DNA of 64,000 nucleotides from an uncultured bacterium. Lineage in GTDB: Bacteria; Chloroflexota; UBA5177; JANWHV01. The translations under genes and the position numbers were made by a program. The DNA lies in NCBI GenBank assembly GCA_963827235.1, contig CAWHAE010000015.1, forward strand, positions 1-64,000. The letters run 5' to 3'. Shown here one piece after another: positions 21,649-31,890 of the stretch. Every line of letters begins with the position of its first letter. Within the stretch, counting starts at the first letter, position 1. Below the pieces are notes generated by a model. It was given only the letters and a program-made list of their open reading frames with translations, did no database searches and had not been told where the DNA came from.

Positions 21649-22344
21649 TTACGGCTGTTCCTCCGGCACATCCCGGTCGTGCTCGGGATCGCGCTCGGGC
21701 GGCTCGAATCGCGGGCCGGCGGCGCCCTCTTCCTGCGCGATGAAGAGCTTCGGGTTGATGATCCGCTTCTCGAAGTCCACCCAGATTCGTGCGTCGTGGC
21801 GGCAGTCGTACAGGCGGCAGACGCCCGGCCGGTGCTCGTAGATCGTGCAGCCGAGGCCGGCCCGATCCTGGTGTACGCAGCGCTTGTCCGGACCAAGGCG
21901 ATTGACATACGGCTGGCTCAGGTCCCATCGCATCACGCCTTCCTCGAGGTCTTGCGCTGAGAGCGCGAAGCGCATGGCGCAGCATGCCGCGCGACAGAGC
22001 GGAATGCGGTTCTCGCAATCGATCTGCGGCAGAGCATCGGCGGGGATGGCATATTTGTCCGCGATGCGGATGTCCATCTTGACCCCGATCTGCTTCTCCC
22101 GGAACAGCGCGCGGAGCCTCCGTGCGACCACCTCGCGCTGGGCCTTGAGCTCTTCCCTGGCTATCAGCCCCTTCTCCACGAGCAGGTTCGAGAGTGCGCC
22201 TACCTCCGTGGCCGTGACGAAGAGTTGCTGCGCTATGTCGTTTGCCTGCTCGTTGGCGTGCTGTATGCCGCGGGTGACCTGCGCTTCCTCGCCTTCCATC
22301 GGCTGATTGGACGCATGGGTCGTTCTTGTCTGGTCGTCGTCCAT
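21649..22344 (-). CDS. YkgJ-family (CxxCxxCC-like) cysteine cluster protein with helical N-terminal extension
   Basis: SD AAGGAG; CENRIPLCRAACC and CVHQDRAGLGCTIYEHRPGVCRLYDC (8 Cys). Confidence 0.85.
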   Translation of the reverse strand: MDDDQTRTTHASNQPMEGEEAQVTRGIQHANEQANDIAQQLFVTATEVGALSNLLVEKGLIAREELKAQREVVARRLRALFREKQIGVKMDIRIADKYAIPADALPQIDCENRIPLCRAACCAMRFALSAQDLEEGVMRWDLSQPYVNRLGPDKRCVHQDRAGLGCTIYEHRPGVCRLYDCRHDARIWVDFEKRIINPKLFIAQEEGAAGPRFEPPERDPEHDRDVPEEQP

Positions 22345-22418
22345 GCTGGTTCTCCTTGAGCGTGCCGGCGCACCCGACGTGCGTCGTCTCCCCGGTGCCG
22401 GCACGCTTGCGGTGTTCG

Positions 22419-23612
22419 TTACCTGTTCGTGTTGCGGGCCCCTTCAGCGGCGGCGGTGACCCGTGCTCGTGCCACCGCGTCGCTCGTCACCACGATCGTG
22501 GGCACCACGGGCTGCCTGAAGTACTCTCCCTTGTATTCGCGCAACAGCTCGTCGCCGTCGTGATCCCAGGAGAAATCCGGCCGGCGCAGCAGGAGCTGGA
22601 AGAGCCGGCTCGCTTTGCCGGGATCCCGGGCAGCCAGGCGGCTGAGCAAGCGCGGCGACGTTGCAGGATCCCGCAGGGAATTGAGCAGCACTTTGCGCGT
22701 CCGCCTCAGCACGCTGCGTTCCGGGCGCTCGAACGCCTCCAGCACACGGCCGAAGTCCGGCAGAAAGCTCAACCCGTCGATCTCGTCGTAAATCAGTCCA
22801 ACTGTTTCCGATTGGATGAGCTCATCCGGCAGCTCGAGCACCGGCACGACGGGCTCCACGCCGTACTTCTCCCTGGCCCGCTCGGCGGCCGTCGTGCCGC
22901 TGGCATCTTGCTGCCCATACAGCTCGTAGTGGTGGAATGCCTGCATGCGCTCGGCGAGCTCGCGTCCGGGTACGACGATCATGTCGGAGCCGAAGAACGT
23001 CACGAAGGCCGCCTGGTTCTCTCGCTGCAGCTTCCATCCCAGCTCCAGCTTGGCTGGATTGCGATAGACGAGCTCGGGATGCTGCAGGGCGATACGGGTC
23101 GCCATCTGATACGCAGCCTCTTGCTCGGTGGCGGGCAGCGTGGCCAGAACGCCGCTGACCAGCCAGGCATCCTCCAGCGGTACCAGACGCCCGATCACGA
23201 ACGATCCGGCCTCGAGCGGATCGAAGACGGCAGCGCCCATGCTCGAATACGTGAGGTAGGGAAGGTCGTCGACCAGGCTGGCAAGCTGCACGGCGTCACC
23301 CCGGCGACCTTCGACGGTGAAGATGCCCTCGACCGGCCGGCACCAGCTCCAAAGCATCTCCCGTTCTTCCTGGGAAAGCTCGGGGTGGGCGTCAAGGAAA
23401 TGGTCGACGACGCCGCGGCTGTCCCTGAGGCGGTGCTGCAGTATGAAGTGGTCTAGCGCTGCGATGTCGAACGTGCCGTCGGGCTCGAAGAGCCGGCCGC
23501 TTTGCCGTTCTACCAGTCGCAAATCGCGATCGAAGCGACCGCTCAGGGCGAATGCAACCAACTCTCCCTTGAGATCGCCGCCCCGCTGTACGAGCTCTTC
23601 GGTGACCGCCAT
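22419..23612 (-). CDS. Hypothetical protein (397 aa)
   Basis: SD GGAGGAGG, GC3-biased ORF, protein-like composition (EGIFTV...FVIGRLVP...WLVSG; FSWDHDGDELLREYK). Confidence 0.8.
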   Translation of the reverse strand: MAVTEELVQRGGDLKGELVAFALSGRFDRDLRLVERQSGRLFEPDGTFDIAALDHFILQHRLRDSRGVVDHFLDAHPELSQEEREMLWSWCRPVEGIFTVEGRRGDAVQLASLVDDLPYLTYSSMGAAVFDPLEAGSFVIGRLVPLEDAWLVSGVLATLPATEQEAAYQMATRIALQHPELVYRNPAKLELGWKLQRENQAAFVTFFGSDMIVVPGRELAERMQAFHHYELYGQQDASGTTAAERAREKYGVEPVVPVLELPDELIQSETVGLIYDEIDGLSFLPDFGRVLEAFERPERSVLRRTRKVLLNSLRDPATSPRLLSRLAARDPGKASRLFQLLLRRPDFSWDHDGDELLREYKGEYFRQPVVPTIVVTSDAVARARVTAAAEGARNTNR

Positions 23613-23817
23613 GTGCTACCTGCCCTCCTCCCCCAACGTATCACGACGCCTGGTATGGGGCCGGATGCACCAGCCGGGGTGTCCGGGGAGGGGCCTACCA
23701 CTCGTCCAGAGCCGAATGCTCAGGGGCCATCTTGCCACCCCCTGCAAGCTGTACGTGCACGACGCAGTCCGGGCATCAGACGGTCTATCTCGGGCCGGCA
23801 TACCACGGGCGCAGTGG

Positions 23818-25011
23818 TCACGCCTTCGCTTCCTGCAGCTCGTCCCGCGCGGCTGCAAAGGCCTCTGCCGCCCGCAGCAGGTCCTCGGTCGTATGGGCGG
23901 CTGAAAGCTGCGTGCGGATGCGAGCCTTGCCGTGCGGCACCACCGGGTAGGAAAAGGCGACCACGTACACGCCCTTCTCCAGCAGTCGATCGGCCAATCG
24001 CGCCGCTCGCGCCGCGTCCCCAATCATCACCGGCACGATGGGGTGGTCGCCCGGCAAGATGTCGAAGGCGAGAGCCGTCATGCGCTCGCGGAACAGCGCG
24101 GTGTTGGCGCGCAGCCGGGTGCGCAGATCATCCGACGTGGTCAGCAGATCGAGTGCCGCCAGCGAGGCTGCCACGATTGCCGGCGCCACGGTATTGCTGA
24201 AGAGATAGGGACGCGAGCGCTGGCGCAGCAGCGCCACGATCTGGCGGCGACCGCTCGTGTAGCCGCCACTGGCGCCGCCGAGAGCCTTGCCCAGGGTACC
24301 GGTCACGATATCGACCCGGTCGGCGACGCCGTGCAGCTCGGGCGTACCCCGTCCGCTGGGACCGACGAAGCCGACCGCGTGGGAGTCGTCTACCATGACC
24401 ATGGCGCCGTAGCGGTCGGCGAGGTCGCAGATCTCGCGCAGCGGCGCCACGTAGCCGTCCATGGAGAAGACGCCGTCCGTGGCGATCAGCTTGCGGCGGG
24501 CCCCGCCGGCGGACTGCAGCTGAGCCTCCAGATCGGCCATGTCGCGGTTCCGGTAGCGGAGGCGGCTCGCCTTGCACAGGCGGATGCCGTCGATGATGCT
24601 GGCGTGGTTGAGCTCGTCCGAGATCACGGCGTCCTGCTCGCCGAGCAGCGTCTCGAAGAGGCCGCCGTTGGCGTCGAAACACGAGCCGTAGAGAATGGTG
24701 TCCTCGGTGCCGAGAAAGGCGCTGATCCGTTGCTCCAGATCCTTGTGGATCTCCTGAGTGCCGCAGATGAAGCGTACGGAGGAGAGGCCGAAGCCCCAGC
24801 GGTCCAGCGCGTCGCGGGCGGCGGCAACCAGAGTCGGGTGATCGGCCAGGCCGAGGTAGTTGTTGGCGCAGAGGTTGAGCACGGCCTTGCCGCCGGCCAC
24901 GCGCACGTGCGCGCCCTGCGGCGACGTCAGGATGCGCTCGCCCTTGTACAGGCCGGCGGCGCGAATGCCCTCAATCTCGGCGCTGAGCTCGTCACGTAGC
25001 GCTGCGAACAT
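23818..25011 (-). CDS. kbl: Glycine C-acetyltransferase (2-amino-3-ketobutyrate CoA ligase)
   Basis: [47 protein letters not shown] lysine [33 protein letters not shown] before MFAAL. Confidence 0.96.
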   Translation of the reverse strand: MFAALRDELSAEIEGIRAAGLYKGERILTSPQGAHVRVAGGKAVLNLCANNYLGLADHPTLVAAARDALDRWGFGLSSVRFICGTQEIHKDLEQRISAFLGTEDTILYGSCFDANGGLFETLLGEQDAVISDELNHASIIDGIRLCKASRLRYRNRDMADLEAQLQSAGGARRKLIATDGVFSMDGYVAPLREICDLADRYGAMVMVDDSHAVGFVGPSGRGTPELHGVADRVDIVTGTLGKALGGASGGYTSGRRQIVALLRQRSRPYLFSNTVAPAIVAASLAALDLLTTSDDLRTRLRANTALFRERMTALAFDILPGDHPIVPVMIGDAARAARLADRLLEKGVYVVAFSYPVVPHGKARIRTQLSAAHTTEDLLRAAEAFAAARDELQEAKA

Positions 25012-25761
25012 GTGGTCCTCCATGTCTAGCCGGCTCGGCATGGCGGGCCGGCTTCCTGTGTGCTCACGTGCTCATGGCGGTCAGTCTACCACCGTCGCCG
25101 CGTGGCAAAGCGGCGATGGATCTGTTCACCTGTCTTCCGGGCGCACCCAAAGAGCTGTCATTTCGCGGGTGATGCGGTGCTCGCACGCGGACACGGGGCG
25201 ATCATGGCGTCCAGTGCCACTGCAGAATTCCACCGGCCGCAGTAGCCAAGTACCGGCTATTTCTTCCCGTGGCGGACTTATACACTGCATCACTTGTCGG
25301 GCACATGGCGGAAGTCGCCTCAACGGAGTCGTTGCCTGCCGTGCATGTTCATGCGAGATGGTGATTGCCGCAACCATAAGGTTGGAGAGGTTTTGGAGCT
25401 TATTGGCTTCTCTTCCAGCAAGCAAGCGCGATGGGCGCAGATCGCTAACTAGATGAGGCCGGCTGAGCCGGATCGGCGCGCCGGTAAGGTCGGATCACAG
25501 CCATCGTGTGCGCAGCAGATTACGGCTACAGCTGCGGTCAGGCCCTGAAGCGAGCAGCGCCGGACCCGGGCAGTCCTCGCAGAGGATGCGGTCACGAATG
25601 CCGGCGCGGCGGCCACTTCCTACTAGACAGTCTCCTGGCGGGCAGACCATACTGGTAGCGGCTAAGCAGGCCGTACCATTCTAGGGCGAGGGGAACGACG
25701 CTTCATGTTCCGTGTTCCGCATCGCGTTTCGCGGTTGTCTCACCCAATCCCACTCGGCCCG

Positions 25762-26058
25762 CTACTGGTCCCGTGTCTCGCCTTCCAGGAACGGTATGAC
25801 CACGTAGTGATGCTTGCCCTCGCCAAGGGCCGCAAGCAGCTCGGGCAGGTGCCGGTTGCACAATGACGACAGAAGGCCGGTCTCGCGCGCCAACCACCCC
25901 TGGGCCTGGTCCCGTTGCTCGTCCTTCTCGCGGTCGTGCTTGTGCTCCCGCGCGCTACCACCGGGCTGGTCGCCATCACACGCCGCCGCGCTCCCCAGAT
26001 ACCCCAGCACCGTCGCCACCGCTGCCGCTGCTACGGAGCCGAGCGTCTGCACGAGCAA
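25762..26058 (-). pseudogene. Decayed Ser/Thr protein kinase N-lobe fragment
   Basis: WLARETGLLSSLCNRHLPELLAALGEGKHHYVVIPFLEGET resembles Hanks kinase subdomains III-V. It stops immediately after; no catalytic loop. Confidence 0.4.
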
Positions 26059-26206
26059 GCGCTGGCGCGAGACCTGTCCGTCGCGAGCGCGTTGGGCGGC
26101 CGCCGGGGCTCAACGGCCGCTTTCGCCTGCGTCTCAAACCGGGTCGAGTAGAGGTCGTTCCCTACTCTATGAGCGGTGTTCCGGCGCACAATGAACCGGA
26201 CGCGTC

Positions 26207-27628
26207 TCACGGCGCCTGGTAGACCGTGACCCGCGCGAATCGCCCGACGGTCGCCGCGTTGTCGGGCGCGTCGGCCATGACCCCCCAGTTCCCAGGACCA
26301 AGCGGCTGTGGATCCGCATAAGTGTCGAACACGTGGTTGTTGACGACGGCCGACATGCTGCTGCCCATGACCTGGAGCGTCAGCACGTTGTCGCCAGTGG
26401 CGTCGACCCAGCCGACCGTGTCCTGGCAATGCAGCGCGGTCCAATTGCCAAGGACGTCCTTGAGGAGGCACACCTCACCGTTCGTGGCAATCTCGAGCAC
26501 GTACATCGAGTTGCCACTTGTGGTCGAGACTGTCTCGCGCGCGACTACACCTGCGTGCCCTGTGCCCGTGAGGCTCAGCGTTGCGCTGATGGCGCCGTCG
26601 GCAAGATTCGAGCCGGTAGTCGCGGTTCGGTAGAAGCCGCCGGCGGCGACGAGTATATAGCGGCCGTTGGCGTAGCTCGCCGGCCCGCTCGGCCAGTGGA
26701 TCGTGTCCGGGCCGGCCGAGAAATCGCTGTCCGTCAGGATCTGCGAGCCACTGCTCACGCCCATCGGCAAGACCGGCGTGGCTGTGGGAGGCGGCGTTGG
26801 TGTCAGAGGCAACGTGGTAGAGGTCGGCAGCGGCGTGGCAGTGAAGGACGGCGATACCGTCGGCGTGGACGACGGCGTGAGCGTGGCGCTCGGCGTGGCT
26901 GTGAGAGACGCCGTCGACGTGGCGGTCGGCGTCTCTGTGGGCGATGGACTCTTGGTCGACGTCGCTGCTGCCGGTATCGCGACCAACCGCGGTCCGGTGA
27001 TCGTGATGCTTTCGATGATGCGGCCGAGCGCGCGTGCCTGGCCCGAGGCACCTGAGCGCGGCTTCCCGTTCGCTACCGTGATGCAGGCGGTGTAGAACGA
27101 GTAGATCGTATGCTCGCGAAACGTCGCGAGCGCGCGTACCTGCACGGCCTGCCCGCGCGGCTCCTGAACTGTCGCGCTCGCTTCGCCGAAGCGCACGTTG
27201 CCGATGCTCTGCGTGCTGTAGGCGCTCTTGCCCGCCTTGACGTGCCCGTTGGACGTCACCATGCCGATCAGGATGCGTCGCAGGTCGGATGCCGACTGCG
27301 AGGTTATGCTGCCCTTGGCATTACCCCGAAACTCGGCGCCACCGTCCGCCGTCCGAATGCGCAGCTGCGCGTCCACCGCTTTCACGCGCACCCAGTCTGC
27401 TGGATACGACACCGAGTACCCGAACGCGGCATTCTGATAGACGACGGTGGGCGACGCGGCCGTGGGAACAACGGCCTCGGCCAGCGTGGAGAAATAGTGA
27501 GGCGCGCCGGTCGCGCGTGCCTGGCCCATACCAACCGGTAGCAGAGCGGGCATGAGCGTGACGATGAGCGCGAGGCGCAAGGTGCCGTGTCGCCGTGGTT
27601 CTCTGGGTGACCTGTCGTCGGGCAACAT
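26207..27628 (-). CDS. Secreted protein: PsbP-like N-domain, Thr/Pro/Ser linker, C-terminal beta-sandwich (ConA/DUF1080-like)
   Basis: SD AGGAGG; signal peptide ending QARA; YQNAAFGYSVSYPADW; long TPT linker; C-domain DSDFS...NVLTLQVMGSSMSAVVNN...GNWGV. Confidence 0.7.
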   Translation of the reverse strand: MLPDDRSPREPRRHGTLRLALIVTLMPALLPVGMGQARATGAPHYFSTLAEAVVPTAASPTVVYQNAAFGYSVSYPADWVRVKAVDAQLRIRTADGGAEFRGNAKGSITSQSASDLRRILIGMVTSNGHVKAGKSAYSTQSIGNVRFGEASATVQEPRGQAVQVRALATFREHTIYSFYTACITVANGKPRSGASGQARALGRIIESITITGPRLVAIPAAATSTKSPSPTETPTATSTASLTATPSATLTPSSTPTVSPSFTATPLPTSTTLPLTPTPPPTATPVLPMGVSSGSQILTDSDFSAGPDTIHWPSGPASYANGRYILVAAGGFYRTATTGSNLADGAISATLSLTGTGHAGVVARETVSTTSGNSMYVLEIATNGEVCLLKDVLGNWTALHCQDTVGWVDATGDNVLTLQVMGSSMSAVVNNHVFDTYADPQPLGPGNWGVMADAPDNAATVGRFARVTVYQAP

Positions 27629-28396
27629 CAGGTGACGTTCCTCCTGTGTACCATCCTCCTCGAGATACAGACTCTTCCATATCATATGTCACGCCACGTC
27701 ACCGAGAGTGAAGCCATGGTGGAGCGCACGGACTCGCTAGCGCGCTGGCGAAGGCGGGTGAGACGCCCGTGCTCCCAGGCACGCACGCCTCGGCGCAGAT
27801 CCGACCGTGGCTTCGGTCTAGACAAGGCGCACACCGGCGGCCACAGACGAGCCGCCCTGGGGCACCATACCAAGAGAAGCAACAGCACGAACTGGAGGTT
27901 TGGAGACGTGCGATGACGGCACCGTGATCTCGCCGAACAGTGAGACGTAGCATCGGCGCCCACCGGCTCTGAATCTGAGGCGGCCGAGTGCATTTGTATT
28001 CATGTGTCCAAGCGCCGCGAGCCGAGCACAGCATAGACCGGCGGTGGGCCTCAGGAAGCTACCTGACGAACCCGGTATGGGTGCAGGGATCGCGCGACAC
28101 GAGTGAAGAGCCTGTGCCGTTCACGCACCAACCGAGAGCTGGACACGTGGCGCCGCGCGGTTCCCAGCTCAACCGAGCACACTCCGCGCGTGTGTGCAGG
28201 CGGGTTCATTGAGAGTTTTTGCTAGCGTGTGGCCTGTTGCTGAGAGTTGGGCACGGCATAGTGTTGAGCTATCGGGATTGACTCGATGTGGCGTTGCCAG
28301 ACCCCACCATGCCGATGCAGTACGGCGTGGGCTGGCAACAACACATTCTGCCACCGTTCGGATTTGTGCGATCGTGAAGCGCTAAAGGAGAAGGTC

Positions 28397-29737
28397 ATGA
28401 GGACATCACCTACAATCCTTCGAACAACCGGCTTGGCGACGCTCTTCCTGACCATGCTGCTTGCCGGACTGCCACACGCAGGCGCGACAGCACCTGCAGC
28501 CCGCAGCGCCCAGATTGCTGTCCACACCGTTGCGGGCAGAGAGGCTGTGAGTCCGGCGACCGGCCATCTGTTCGTGCTCAGCCAGGACATGCGAAGCTCA
28601 ACCGCGTTTGCCAGCGCGGTGAACATGCTCGACGCCCGGACAGGCAGATTGATACATGCGACGCCGGTGGGCAGTTTCGCGCGGTTTCTCCTCGCCGACG
28701 ACACGACCCGCCAGGTCTTTGTGCTGAAAGGCGGACTGTCCGACTCTTCGCCGCATTCCGTGGCATTGGTGGTGTTGGATACCAGGACCGGCGCAATCCT
28801 GCGTGCGGTCAATCTCGGCCCTGGAGAGATTCAGCAAGTCAGGTTGGCGAGCCGGCTCGCACAGCTCTATGTGTTCATCACTCCCGGGACGGTGCCAACG
28901 GGTCAGGGCCCGGGAGTCCTCCGCGTGCTTGACACGAAGACCGGTGCGACCGTGCACGTCCTTCGCCTCGAGAATGAGGACATCGAGTTCGTTGTCGATC
29001 AGACCGCTTCCACGCTCTTTGTGCTCAATTCCGCAGGCAGCGTGGCACGCCTCTACAACACACGCACCTGGAAGGAGAAAGCTTCGGTGCGCCTCGAAGC
29101 ACCGCAGGCGGGCATGGCGGATGAAGCCCACGGTCTTGTGGCGATCGTTTCCGGCAAGGAGCACACCACGATAACCTTCGTCAGTCCGGTGACCGGGGAA
29201 GTCCGGCGCACGATGCAACTCAAGGGCTCGACCCTAGTTGCCAATATAGTGTTCGACGACGGGACCGACCACGCCTTCTTCATCGGCTGGGGCGATGCCG
29301 GCAAGTGGCAGCGGCTTCAGGATGGAACAGCCGTCGTTGGCGGCACTGACGGCATGGTGACCACAGTCGATCGCGCCAGCGGCGCAGTTCTGCATGCACA
29401 GTCGGTCGGGCTCGCCGCGATGCGGGCAGCCGTGGACCCGAGCACCCAGCACCTGTTCGTGTTGAGCCTGGGGAGCATCGGCAAGAGCAAGGGCCGCGTG
29501 GTCATCAACTCGTCGCTCGTGAGCGTGCTCGACACGCGCACCGGCGTTCTGCTTCGCGCAACCAAGCTTCCGCTTGCCGATGTACTGGATACCACGGATG
29601 TCGTCGTCGATGGGCACTCGGGCCGTGCTTACGTAAACGCTGCTGCCGGACTTTCCCAGCCCAACAGCGTGACGCTGCTCGATACCCATACCGGCGCCGT
29701 TGTGCGAACGGTCGTTCTGCCGGAGCCGGTTACATGA
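28397..29737 (+). CDS. Secreted beta-propeller protein (YncE/YVTN-like)
   Basis: SD AAGGAG; signal peptide ending HAGA; repeated blades (VSPATGHLFVL, VLDTRTG, AVDPSTQHLFVL, LLDTHTGAVVRTV). Confidence 0.8.
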   Translation: MRTSPTILRTTGLATLFLTMLLAGLPHAGATAPAARSAQIAVHTVAGREAVSPATGHLFVLSQDMRSSTAFASAVNMLDARTGRLIHATPVGSFARFLLADDTTRQVFVLKGGLSDSSPHSVALVVLDTRTGAILRAVNLGPGEIQQVRLASRLAQLYVFITPGTVPTGQGPGVLRVLDTKTGATVHVLRLENEDIEFVVDQTASTLFVLNSAGSVARLYNTRTWKEKASVRLEAPQAGMADEAHGLVAIVSGKEHTTITFVSPVTGEVRRTMQLKGSTLVANIVFDDGTDHAFFIGWGDAGKWQRLQDGTAVVGGTDGMVTTVDRASGAVLHAQSVGLAAMRAAVDPSTQHLFVLSLGSIGKSKGRVVINSSLVSVLDTRTGVLLRATKLPLADVLDTTDVVVDGHSGRAYVNAAAGLSQPNSVTLLDTHTGAVVRTVVLPEPVT

Positions 29738-30448
29738 AGGCTGACGAAAAGCTGAGCATGTCTCGCTCGTCAGGTGCCGGGCAAGCACCCCGTCGCCACT
29801 TGCCGCGGCCATTTTGGCACGTCCAGCATGCGAGCGATCGGCGCCACGATCGCGGTGCGCTCGCGTTCCGTCACTTGTTCGGGACGATGACCGGCACGCT
29901 CCTTCGCATGGTTATGCATCAGCTCGCCACTGTAGGCAAGAGGTTGCCGCCCCACGTCGGCCGTTCGGCCAAGAGCACGGCAGCACACACGGCCGGGGCG
30001 CATGTCGATCGCGAGAAGCTCGAGCAGCGCGTACAGAGCACGTAGGCGCCTGTTCTGCTGATCCTGCCCAACCGTATGCATAACCCGGGGGAAGCCATCT
30101 CGCTAGAGATGGCGGTGCTCGGTGTGGCAGCGCTATCCGCCGTGAGGTAGACCAGCCGCCACCGCTGCAGCTCTGTAGCCTCGTCCACGACCGAGCTGCT
30201 CGAGCCAAGCGTGCTCGGCCCTTGCTCTCGGGAAGGAGCCGGCGTGGCACCCTGCAGCGATCGCCCGCCGTACGGACCCACTTCACGCCGCAAGTTGCAG
30301 CGCGACGGTGCCCCCAGGTGCAAAGCCCCAGACAGCGAAGGTTGCGCGGCCGCAGGCTGCCGCCACCCGCTGCACATCCGCATATACAGGCAGACCGGGG
30401 CGCGCACGGGGAGGATGGTTCCTCCCCGCACCGGGTAACGGTTGCAGG

Positions 30449-31890
30449 TCAGGCGTCGGGTAGCAGGTGGAGACGTCCGCCGATGGCGCGATGCGGATCG
30501 TCGGTGGGGAGCGTCATCGGGTGGTAGCGTCCGGCCAGCCAGGCGGCGATCATGTCGTCGTAGTGCGGGCTGGCTGGGTGGCCGGACTGGCCGGTCGTGT
30601 GCATGGAGCGGGCGCGGCTGATGTCGGCGAGGTCGATGAGTTGGCGGTAGGACGCGCCGAGACCGTCCTTGGCGGCGACGGCGACGGTGTCGAAGTCCCC
30701 GGGCAGCTCGTAGGGGCCACGGTTGAGCCAGCGGTCGAGCGGCGGCTTGGCGGCCAGGGGGTGGCGGAAGGTGAAGCGGTTGCGGCGGCCCCAGCGCCAG
30801 GTGGCCGGATCAGGTCCGAGTTCGGTGGTGAGCGCTGTCAGAGTCTGCGTGAAAGCGGTACGCAGGACGGCGGGCCAGGTGAGGTGGGCGAGGCCCATGG
30901 TAGCGAACCAGCCGTCGTCGGCCGTGAGGGCGAGGTCGTAGACGAGGCAGGTGAAGCGGTTAAAGTCTCCGGGGATGGCGGGCAGTACGTAAGGGTTCTT
31001 GAGGCCGAGGCAGATGTCCGTGAGGTCGCCGAGGAGTGGGGTGAGCACGGTCTGGAGCAGATGGTCTTGGAAGCGGAGACAGATCGTCGCGGCGACGCTC
31101 TCGCAGGTGAGGCGGCCGTCCCAGCCGGTCAAGTGGGCGAGGACGGCGCGCTCGGCGTCATTGTCGGGCTGTAGGCGCTGGATGAGCGTGGTGGCGTGGC
31201 AGACGGTGGTTGAGTAGACGTCAAGCTGAATGGTCTGGAAGTCGTCGAGGGTGAGGTCGGTGCGGCTGCTGAGTAGGTCGGTGATGCGCTGGACGCGGTA
31301 GGGCGCGGCCCAGTCGTTGCCGAGGTGGTAGGGGTAGTCGTCGGCGACGAGGCGGTTGTTGGCGGTGACGATCTGGTGGGTGGGTGGGTTGTAGAGGTGT
31401 GGGAGTTCGTCGAAGGGTACGAAGCCGGTCCACTCGTACTCGCCGGTCCAGCCGGGCACCGGCAGCGTGCCGTCGCCTTTGCTGCGGATGGGGGCGAGGC
31501 CGGGGGCGTAGAAGCCGATATTGCCGGCCGTGTCGGCGTAGACGAAGTTGTGGGCGGGTGCGTCCCAGAGGCGCAGGGCAGCGACGAACTCGTCCCATGT
31601 GCGGGCGCGCTGGATGGCGTCGACGGCGCGCACGAGGGTGCCGGGTTGGTTGCCGGTCCAGCGGAGTGCGAGCATGTGCTGCTCGTTAGGCTGCGGCGGG
31701 CTAATCACGGGGCCGTGGTGGATGATAAGCACCTGTTCGTCGTGGGGCTGTGCGCGACCGCGGACCTGGATGGCTTCGTGCAGCACGATGGCCTCGCGCC
31801 AGGTGTCGTGGTCGCGGTAGCGTGTGGGATCGCTGGGATGGAGCTGCTCGATGACGAGATCCTGGACGTCGAAGAAGGGGGTGGTGAGGC
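30449..31890 (-). pseudogene. Penicillin acylase (Ntn-hydrolase S45) family, 5'-truncated
   Basis: DVQDLVIE, HHGPVI, LALRWT, NFVYADTAGNIG, PVPGWTGEYEW, TANNR, GASYRQLIDL, GQSGHPASPHYDD. The alpha subunit and the catalytic N-terminal Ser region are missing; no credible start. Confidence 0.85.

Noticed and set aside
27699-28034. Possible ISKra4-like transposase relic (RRCYVSLFGEITV on the minus strand)
   Set aside because: The resemblance covers only about 20 residues; no DDE motif or terminal repeats are visible.
29734-30431. Short ORFs on both strands after the beta-propeller gene
   Set aside because: No recognisable motifs, RBS or consistent codon bias; probably decayed sequence.
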